Assembly: GCF_006345805.1 (NCBI RefSeq)
Contig: NC_042999.1
Coordinates: forward strand, 99,510,001 to 99,574,000
Reading direction: 5' to 3'
DNA length: 64,000 nucleotides
Origin: Octopus sinensis
Lineage: Eukaryota
Within the stretch, counting starts at the first letter, position 1; each line of letters begins with the position of its first letter. A program made the translations under genes and the position numbers. Under the pieces are notes generated by a model. It did not search any database. It worked only from the letters and a program-made list of their open reading frames with translations, and was not told the DNA's origin. Positions 54,322-64,000 of the stretch are shown here, piece by piece.

Positions 54322-55086
54322 AGACAGATAGATAGTGACGGATATAAGTACGATTAAGTTTGATATATATATATATATATATAAATATACATGCATATAT
54401 AGAGAAACAGAAACTAAAACATATTCAGAATATAAAGACATATGTACAAGCTTATAGGTGTATATACTAATATATTGACAAATAAATTAACTACTACATG
54501 GTGTATAAAAATTACAGAAAACTACAAAGGGAGAATGCATAGTTAATAACACGACAGCTTTTTTTAGGAGCTCATAATTACGTAATAAGCGTCTTCTTCA
54601 TAATTAGCTGATGGAAGTCATAACCGTAGACTGGCTTCTCTCATCAGGGAACAAAAATTAGCAAACAGTGGTACAAATTGCAGTATGTGACTTTTAAATG
54701 TTGAAAGACATAAGTAGAAAAGAGGGAAAAAAAGCAGGAAGAGGATGGATTAAGTTGGCTTAAGGAGGGACAGCATCTCTGTGCGACCATCAACTTGTTG
54801 CATATCCATCATGTTAGGGGCACTACATCAACTAATTATGAACATTACGGCTATTCCGTAATTTCTAGCTTCCAGAAACATCCGTCGAGTGAAAAGACTA
54901 TGTGTTCACCTCGTAGTTTTCTGTATTCTTTATACTCCATTTGATGGAAAATTCATCAATATATATAAATATCTACATGCTTATACATATGTATTAATTT
55001 TCTGAATATATTTAGTCTATGTATCTATATATCTCGCTCTCTCTCAATATATATATAAGTCTATATGTGTGGTTGGTATATATAAT

Positions 55087-55140
<54 letters not shown>

Positions 55141-55200
55141 ACATTATATATATCATATATAATACATATATATATACATATATATATATATATACAAACA

Positions 55201-56161
55201 TTGTCAATAACCATTATAATTTATGCGTCTCGAAACAAACCGACAGAAATTTCTAAAACATCCGTTATTACCGTATTGGTCCCAATTTCAGGGTTAATTC
55301 ATAAGAATTTTCCCACTCTTCAGTGATAAATACGATAGATATAAGTGAAATACTTACTCATACACACGGAAAAAACAAGCACTAAGTCCTGAGCAGACCT
55401 AAGTACCCCAAATATATCAAAAATAGAAAATCTTCGGCACATCTCGAGACACGTGTGATTCGAACTAGAAACTTTCACAGAGTGAGAGAATCCAGAAGTG
55501 AACACTATTCAAATTATAACTAATGTAGGATAATTTTTTTTTTTTTTCGGGAAAAAAAATTTTATCAATGGCCAGCATATCAAAAAATACCTTTAAAGGT
55601 TAAATTTATAAATAATTTACAAAATGAGGGCAAAAGAAAAATTCTAATGCCAAATATGCCGAAAAAAGAGACAAAATTTGTCAATAACCATTATAATTTA
55701 TGCGTCTCGAAACAAACTGATAGAAATTTCTTAAAAAATCCGTTATTACCGTATTGGTCCCAATTTCGGGGTTAATTCATAAGAATTTTCCCCTCTTCAG
55801 CGATAAATACGTGAGATATAAGTGAAATACTTACTCATACCCACGGAAAAAGCAAGCACTAAGTCCTGAGCAGACCTAAGTACCCCAAATATATCAAAAA
55901 TAGAAAATCTTCGGCACATCTCGAGACACGTGTGATTCGAACTAGAAACATTTACAGAGTGAGAGAATCCGGAAGTGAACACTATTCAATTTATAACTAA
56001 TGTAGGATAATTTTTTTTTTTACGGCATATTTGGCATTAGAATTTTTCTTTTGCCCTCATTTTGTAAATTATTTATAAATTTAACCTTTAAAGGTATTTT
56101 TCGATATGCTGGCCATTGATAAAATTTTTTTTCCCGACAAAAAAAAATTATCCTACATTAG

Positions 56162-56166
<5 letters not shown>
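55201..56166. repeat. Compound direct plus inverted duplication (P Q P Q-inverted)
   Basis: P at 55201-55540 and 55678-56020 (direct, period 477 bp); inverted arms 55515-55661 and 56023-56166. Confidence 0.92.
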
Positions 56167-56233
<67 letters not shown>

Positions 56234-56296
56234 TTGGAAATAGATGCATGGCGTTCAATTAAATAATAATAATATAAATAATATATATATACATTC

Positions 56297-56386
56297 GCCC
56301 GCGTAGCTCAGTCGGTAGAGCATTAGACTTATGATTAAATATATGACGTAATCTGAGGGTCGTGGGTTCATGTCCCTCTGTAGGCG
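56297..56386 (+). tRNA. tRNA-Lys-like pseudogene or SINE head with a 17-nt intron-like insert and TAT anticodon
   Basis: GCCCGCG-TA-GCTCAGTCGGTAGAGC-A-TTAGA-CT-TAT-G-[56334-56350]-A-TCTGA-GGGTC-GTGGG-TTCATGT-CCCTC-TGTAGGC-G. The cloverleaf folds, but there is a C4-A69 mismatch, T50-T64, T at position 58 and no T4 terminator. Confidence 0.7.
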
Positions 56387-56397
56387 TAACTACATTT

Positions 56398-56450
56398 AAA
56401 CGGCGGTGCATCAGCATGGCCGCAGCTTTGAGATGAAACTACAGAAAAAG
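56398..56450 (+). mobile_element. CR1-like LINE terminal 3' UTR segment
   Basis: aaacggcggtgcatcagcatggccgcagctttgagatgaaacta matches the reverse complement of about 14527-14570 with two mismatches. Confidence 0.85.
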
Positions 56451-56451
56451 A

Positions 56452-56469
<18 letters not shown>

Positions 56470-56486
<17 letters not shown>

Positions 56487-56900
56487 TGGGCACAGGACGT
56501 CATCAACCGTGCAAACAACATGAAGTATGAAAACAAAAACGAGTTGAATACGCAAACAACTAGAGAAAAAAGGAAAACAGAACTAGTAACACAATGAACG
56601 ATTCTTCATCAGCTCCCGGTTGTCTATTTGCTCTTCATTTGCAAATCTAACGGAGGGCTCAAAAGATATTTTAAGACCCACTAACATCAGAACTTATCTG
56701 CAGTTCTTGGTGGTCCAAACCAGATATGCAATCTATGTTGGTGTCTTTTTAGAACATTGTCTGGTTTAAAAAGCCACAGCAGACGCCATGATGGTTCTAA
56801 GGTGTGGGTACAGGAGGTGGTGAAACTTTGCATAAGGGTAAATCCTTTACAAGCTTCATGCTTTTCTTGGAAGTGTAGTATATTCTTAGCTACAATAGCG
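56470..56900 (-). mobile_element. Penelope-like 3' remnant with pLTR-like segment
   Basis: 56470-56630 is related to 14970-15135; the upstream part is decayed coding-like sequence. Confidence 0.4.
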
Positions 56901-57175
56901 ACAACATGGATTTCTTCCGTCTTGCTCAGTTAAAATATTTGTGTAAAATTATATAAATGTGTCCGACTGATTAAAATTCTATTTATTTGTGCAGCTGATC
57001 ATAACCCTGCATCTAAATTGATGTAATGATTACATTGTTAAATTAAATGGAACCACTCGAAACGGTCATAGTGCATCACTTCTTGATATCCTGTTGCTTA
57101 TTTTGATACATATATTAATTAATCGTTAATTTCTCAAAAGTTAATAATTAAAATTAATTCAACGTTACCTGCCCT

Positions 57176-57270
<95 letters not shown>

Positions 57271-57343
57271 CATACATACATAAGGGCAGGTAACGATTAA
57301 TTTAATTTTATTAATAATTAAAATTAGATTAATCGTTATCTGC

Positions 57344-57413
<70 letters not shown>

Positions 57414-57577
57414 CGATTAATTTAATTTTAATTATTATCTTTTGAGAAATTAACAATTAATTAATAGTTGATTTCGATTAAACACAAAAATATCTGCAGT
57501 TGCATTAATTGACAAGTTTATGATATTTCAATTCAAATTCGGTTAAAAACAAAAAAATAGCATAGGCGTTTTCTCAG

Positions 57578-59621
57578 TCAAATGTTGTTGGATAACCAGT
57601 TACGCAAACACACAAGCATGTTAACAGTATTTGGCTCAAGTGATGAGCGCGTCTTGTTTGCAATGTAACCAGCAGAGCTAAATAATCGTTCACACGGAAC
57701 CGAGGTAGCTGGTATGCATAGAATATCCAATTTCGGATATTGATGTCCATTAAGTTTCCACCATTGTAATGGATCAACTGATTCAGCAACATTTTTCTCC
57801 GTTTTATATCACTGTACTTCAGCCGAAGCGGTTTCGACATTCTCTTCTAAGTCTGAGTCAGACACCATCAACTTAATACGCTTTTCATTCGGTTCACATA
57901 TAGTTTTACTGACACTCTCAGTATTATTTTGTGAATTAGTTTTCAACCGATCATTATTAACATCAACTGCTATTTGCTGCCCAGTAAGTAACCAAATTTG
58001 TTATTTGGAATCGTCTGATAAACACTTCAGGTTTTTATATCGTGGATCAAGTGCTGTTGTAATCTGTAATATTTCAATAATTTTCAAAAAACGTTTGCTG
58101 AAGTCATTAACAGATATTGCCTTGAATGTGGCTATATAACGTGGATCATCATTTACAGTCATGTGCTTTGTCAAAGACAATAACGGTGGGATAACACAGT
58201 TACACGACACATATTTTTCACCGCCAAGTAGGACCGTATCTTGACAGAATAAGTCTAAAACGTTGATGTATTTTGAAATCTTTTCCCAATCAGAATCGAA
58301 CAGTTTTGGACCTTTAATACTTATTTCTTTATTGCCCACAGGGGGCTAAACATAGAGCGGACAAACAGGGACAGTCAAAGAGATTAAGTCGATTACATCG
58401 ACCCCAGTGCGTAGCTGGTACTTATTTAATCGACCCCGAAAGGATGAAAGGCAAAGCCGAGCTCGGCGGAATTTGAACTCAGAACGTAACGGCAGACGAA
58501 ATACCGCTAAGCATTTCGCCGGCGTGCTAACGATTCTACCAGCTCGCCGCCCTTTATATTGCTTCTCTTCGTCTGGCATGTGGATTGTTATTGCTTCTCT
58601 GGCCTGCAGCAGACTCTTTAGCAATAGAAAAGTACTGGTCCATCTTGTTGGAACATCTTGCTGTAGCGTACGAAATGGTGAATCACTACAATTCTGCAAT
58701 TCAGTTGTGTGGATAGGACTATGTTTAAAGTGTTCTATGATTTTTCGACATTTAACAAACAATGCTTCTGTATCTGCGGCATTAAACCCATGCAATATGT
58801 TCAAATGCAGAGCGTGAGCCAAACATGGAATATGAGCAAAACTAGTTTGATTAACAGCTGAAACCAAATTTCATGTATTGTCTGTTACTAGAACCTGATC
58901 ATCTTTGTTATATCCCAGTCTTTTACAAATTGTTTATGAAACTCAGCAACACTGTTAGAACAGTGACGTTCAACAACATGCACACATTCAACAATAACAC
59001 TTATTAAATTCCAATCATCAGCAATCCAATGGCCGGTGATTTCACAATAACTTTCATTACCTAGGGATGTCCAAAATCAGATGTTAGCGTAATTGCCTTT
59101 GAAATTTTCACTACTTTAACCTTTTCTCTTTTGCTATTATAAATATCAGCCAGCATTTTATCATAGTACGCCGGAAAAGTAGTTTATATTCAGTATTTAG
59201 AAGTGCTGTACGCAACACTTGCTGAAGATCATCATCTTTTACTATCGATATTGGTCTACCACTATTAGCTATCCAGTTAGCAAGTGGTACTTTAATGTCA
59301 CGTTGTAGGGTAGCATTCATTGGATGATCAGACCGACGATAAAGCTGACTCAAAGCAGTCTGCTTGGAGGTAGATGACACCGCCGCTGTAAACTGACTAA
59401 ATGAAGCTGATATTCCGAATACTGTAACGGGTGTTTGTTTTGAAGGTGGTAAGTAGCGATGTGTTAGATCCATGGTATGCGAACGATTTGTCGCATTGGA
59501 TGCAATAAACGTTATCAGCAGTTTTGATATTACCGTCAGCCAATAATTTAAATCCAAAATGTTAATGTAATCGACCTGATATAGGTTTATATTTCATAAC
59601 TCGATTCTTCTCCGCCGCCAT
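57578..59621 (-). pseudogene. ZBED1-like hAT transposase: BED finger, catalytic core and hATC dimerisation domain
   Basis: VYCIQCDKSFAYHGSNTS-YHLQNKHP (BED), SGRPISIV, TSDFWTS, CLAHALHL, DVPTRWTST, TALDPRYK, PATSVPCERLFSSAGYI-LEPNTVNMLVCLRNWL; several frameshifts and a SINE insertion. Confidence 0.92.
58317..58550 (-). mobile_element. Full-length SINE family A inserted in the hAT transposase
   Basis: Head GCGGCGAGCTGGTAGAA on minus; flanked by direct CCTTTA at 58311-58316 and 58551-58556; removal rejoins KQYK to GPKLF. Confidence 0.92.
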
Positions 59622-59836
59622 TTTACTGTTGTTACTATTGCTTCCCGACTTCACGCACGTTTATTAATGAAGGGTAGAAAATTAAATTTGAAATCTATTA
59701 ATAAAAAATTAATCCTTAAAATAAATTAATGATTAATCGATTAATTAATCTATAAATTCCGCAGCCCTAATATGCATACATACATTCATACATACATACA
59801 CACATACATACATACATACATACATACATACATACA

Positions 59837-59867
<31 letters not shown>

Positions 59868-59869
59868 TC

Positions 59870-60390
59870 GAAGCGACAAGTCGCGTATTTGGTGTGGGAG
59901 ACTTTCGAAAGTACGATGAATACTATCTCCAGCTTTGGAGCCACAACTAGCAGTCTTCCTAAATAACTGGTTAATCTTCAGATGAGTTAATTGAGGGAGC
60001 TTTTTTTTTATTCACGATCGTAGTGATTTTCGACTGAAACTTGAATTTAGCATGCAGAGAGTTACTACAAACAAGATGGCTGGACATAACATCAACAATA
60101 CAATCGCAGAACAGAACGAAAACAACAGCTCAATAGGTAAACAAATGCTTTCTAGCAGTAGTTATAGAAGAAACCGTTAACTACAAAACTCATTTCTCTT
60201 GGAGTTATGAATTGAATAACGATCTATTTGACTGCCACGAAAAAGCCAAAAAAAAAAAAAACCCCGCTGTTGGTTTTATGAAACGATTGAAATCATATTG
60301 GGACGATCTGCATCCAGAATTAAGTCATTTTACTGCGAAGCAACTACGTCAACAGGCAACATTTGTAGAACATAGAAAGAAGGTTAGTTA
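59870..60390 (+). mobile_element. 5' fragment of another R4/Dong-like LINE
   Basis: WSYELNNDLFDCHEKAK-GFMKRLKSYWDDLHPELSHFTAKQLRQQA resembles the N-terminal domain of these elements. Confidence 0.6.
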
Positions 60391-61549
60391 CCGTAACTTT
60401 ATTAAGAAATCGAAAATTAACCTTCTTCCCAACTCTATAAACAAAAGCGAAAACGTGAATGATGTAAGACCACCACGTTGTTTTGCAGCTAGCAACATTC
60501 CAACAGATTATATAATGCGTGCCAGCCAAACTATATTACTGGCTTAAGTAACTGACTACTGTTCCCCTGCTACGACTATGGGAAATACCAGGCACAACCG
60601 CAACGATTATTGTTATAGTAGTAGTGGTAGTCAGGATTATTTAACTATTTATATCTAAATAGTTAAACAGTTATGCTTTACTGCTACCGAAATCATTAGT
60701 GTTAAAGAGTAAACCATAGTAGTGTAACAGCTTTTTGTGTGCGTACAATATTGCTTCCTATGAAATACTCGTAAAAATACAGGAAATCTTCATGACGCAT
60801 AAGACATTTTGAAATGTCAGTCCTTTTTCTAAAGCTTTTATTTCCACTTGTCTTTAACACATTTATCTAAAACCTTAGATTGACATCCTTTCAACTGAAT
60901 TAAATAGTTTTACGGTTAGATTGTCGCTTAGATGTTTTCCTCGGAAGGTAGTTTTCTCAGTTTGTAAAAAAAAGGTTAAAATCTCATATCTAAATTTTCA
61001 CAATTATTTCTTTCTTCTCATATACATATTTATTTTCCTCCCAATTTATATATTTATGTATTGTCGTTAATGGGATCAGCAATGGTTAATTGGCAGTCTT
61101 TAACGCACGGGATATTAGCGAATGCCTTTACTCAGAAATATAAACTAGACGAAAGACAAGCAGAATCTTCTCATAAAAAAGAAAAATAGTGCAGTTACCC
61201 ACCCACTCCCATCGACGGAAAAAATTAATCGAAGAAGCAGACCAAGTAACATGGATTTTGAATCTAATCCTGGAGATCAGAATTTTGCATATTACGCATG
61301 CTGATCTCATTATTGGAATATTTGTATTTTCAAGGCTGAGTCTACCTATCTCGGTTATTGTCGATTTTGTTGAGCCCGAATGGAGAAGGCCTATGATGAA
61401 TTACGTCCCTGTCACAAACATGCTGTCTTTTTCTTTCGGACATAATTTATCTCATCTTTCATTATTGAATGTCTTTCTCTTTTCAAAACGGTAGCATATG
61501 ATTTAAAGGAGATTTGAAGGAAATCAGGCGACCATGAAAAGAGTAATTT

Positions 61550-62350
61550 ACTCTTCTTCACTGGCCAGTTATTGCTATTTCAAGATTTGCCCTCATTGAA
61601 ACAACTATGATAAAAGACTTTCTATTTGCGAACATTCTGTCTTTTTCCATAGCTGTGTTATCTAGCTCAGTTTTCAAATTTTAAGAATACCGAGTGTTTT
61701 TAGAGCAGAATTTCGGTTGCTTTTTCTGAAAGATTGAATGGACTTATATAGACTCACTCGTTGATAAGTGATTAATATAGTACTATTGATAGATAAATGG
61801 TTTATTTGTGTAGATAGGGTCAATAGTTATACTCATAACTGATTTTGCTTCTGCAACCAAATTGAAAGCATAAAGTTTGAGAAGACTAAGTTTTGTATAT
61901 GTTAGACACATATGAAGTTGCTCTGATAGCTCTTTAGAGAAATGGGACGTTAATGCTGAAAGCATGCCTTCACTGGGATTAAATATGTCAGGGTAGAAAA
62001 CTATTCTGATATAGTCAAAATAAATGTTTCATCCCCTCAAACAAGCCGTCACTTAAATCTATTACTAACTTCTCAAGTGAATGCTAATTTTCACACCCAA
62101 CCAACTGTATTGCACTGGCTGGAAGAGGACTGGGAGAAACAGAAAACAGTCTAGCTATATGCTTCATCTTTGTCTTTCCTTGGATCAAGATTACACTTTT
62201 ATGAAAGATATGAACAGCAGAAGTGTATATTTCACAAAAACTGACCACTTCTGTATACTATCTATGGATTTCTGGTGAGATCGCAACCCTGAGTCTTGCT
62301 TGTGCATCATCAGCTGAAGATTTTAGATAAATCTCCATCACGTAAGTTGA
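61550..62350 (-). mobile_element. Very decayed CR1/L2-like RT C-terminal remnant
   Basis: Traces of a frameshifted ADD motif, SIDSIQKWS and a LGVKI-like motif in RT order; weak. Confidence 0.3.
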
Positions 62351-63045
62351 TATACACGAGAAGATAACGTAAATTAATTCCACAGGGATTTGAACACTTA
62401 AATGAAAAATAAGGCAATAATATAGATTAACACATTTAGTGGGTGACTAATATAGTGTCAGTTTACAATTGTGTCTCCATTCAGATGAGTAATGTCTATA
62501 TGACGGAAACATTTTGCATCGATGTTTTTGTTTTATCTTCTGAGAAGATCTTTAATGTTTGTAGTGTCACATAAAAATCAATTGGCCAATAAAAGAATAT
62601 ATATATATATGTTAGTATCGATAGATTTTTTTTCCATGCCTAGCCATCATATTGGACATTCGATAAATCAATATAAGAATCAATATATGATTGCTAACGT
62701 TTCGACGTATCGATTACAGTTAACTACTACTTTGAAATTTCATTCGCTGATGAGGCATTCATTGTTTTAAATACGATTAAACATATAAGGTTTTGAAGAT
62801 AAATAATGATATAAACAAATAAATAAAGCATCGTGGCAGAAATATATTGGAGAATCTCAAACATGATGAATTATTCTAGTTAATCATTCGCTGTTGCATT
62901 TAGTCATTGTCTTTTAATTTTGTTTTATTGTTACTTTGATTTTTTTAGTTTCTTTTATAAAAAAAAGTGAACAAAACATCAAAATAAACACGAAAAGAAA
63001 AAAGTAAGACAAAACAAAGATATATACATATATACATGTGTGTGT

Positions 63046-63086
<41 letters not shown>

Positions 63087-64000
63087 CAGAAAGACAGAAG
63101 TTACTGCTACAGAATAACGCAGTCTGTAATGACAGGATTTTCTTGATTGAATCGAGTGCACAATGGACAGAAAATGACAAACTAGCTTTGGAATAAGAAG
63201 AGAAGAAAAGCGTGAAGGGAACATGTGAGTTGAGAAGAAGGGAAGCAAGAACGAAAAGAAGAAAGAAAGTGACGTAAGGAAATGAATAAGGAAGAATCGA
63301 GGAAAGGCAAAATCTAAATGCGTCAAAGAAAAAGAAAAGAAAGAAAACTAAGTGAAATTTGCCGGATAATTGGTGAAACAAGATAAAAATGATAATGATA
63401 GGGAGGAGGTGTCGACAATAAAATCAAAACAACATACAATAAGATGGAAAAATAGTTTTACAATGTAGAAGAAAAACATGGATCGTGGAAGCTGTCAATA
63501 AACATTAATTTTATATTTCTTTCCTTCACTTTGATGCATTTAAAAAAAAATATTTCTAATTTTATTTAATAGAATTTTTTTTCTGACTTCTTTACTCCCT
63601 GTGATGAAGCTTTAGTTTGGCTGGGGTTTCTTCCATTAAATCCGGAAATGCAAGTCCTATTTTTTAATGGCTGCTGACTATGCTGGCGGGATATACATCG
63701 TTACTACTGATTACATCATTAATATACAAGATTCAACAGCATAGCATTCCAAAATTCAGAAGCTCTGCATTATAGAAGCTCCTAGACATATGCAGCTAAT
63801 GACAATAAGAATTCTAAAGTTCCTTTAATTTTCATAAAATCATAAATTCGTATTACTCTGCAAATATGATGACTTTAAGTAGAAGTGAAAGTAGAACTTC
63901 AGATAACGCCACTGCATTTGCTTCCGATTTTACAAACATATTCATCAAAAGTATCTTCAGGCTATTCTTTTCTTGCACTGTTTCTCACTAGCGCATTAGA

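Larger units (their letters stand above)
57281..59769 (-). mobile_element. hAT (Ac/ZBED1-like) DNA transposon, decayed
   Basis: Termini TAAGGGCAGG (57281, +) and TAGGGCTGCG (minus strand, ending at 59769) with GATTAA-rich subterminal repeats, enclosing a transposase pseudogene. Confidence 0.85.

Noticed and set aside
61203-61444. Frame with DFESNPG (2A-like) and two in-frame TGA codons after Cys, raising StopGo or selenocysteine ideas
   Set aside because: The essential final Pro of DxExNPGP is Asp, there is no upstream hydrophobic helix and no SECIS-like structure is evident; the TGAs fit CpG decay or chance.

Overview
AT-rich, microsatellite-dense eukaryotic DNA made almost entirely of transposon debris. 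No host protein-coding gene can be supported, so the window is probably intergenic or intronic. The SINE families and repeat landscape look like those of an octopus (inference from recalled repeat sequences, not a search). Contents: (1) at least 8 plus-strand pieces of R4/Dong-like restriction-endonuclease LINEs, most abutting (AAT)n arrays, including a near full-length copy at 7074-12545; (2) a young mariner inside that LINE (10208-11494, perfect 34-bp TIRs, TA TSD) plus four older mariner remnants; (3) a 5'-truncated RTE-clade LINE and CR1-like fragments; (4) Penelope-like elements (a GIY-YIG fragment and pLTR pieces) carrying at least three different minimal hammerhead ribozyme motifs; (5) a decayed ZBED1/Ac-like hAT transposon and several tRNA-derived SINEs; (6) several local duplications, inversions and hairpins. 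The two best leads are an inverted-repeat element joining a tRNA-like Pol III head, an (AAT)n spacer and a hammerhead motif (18201-18684), and an intron-containing tRNA-Lys-like body with a TAT anticodon lying next to the 3' tail of a CR1-like LINE (56297-56450). All calls come from reading by eye; coordinates of decayed elements are approximate.
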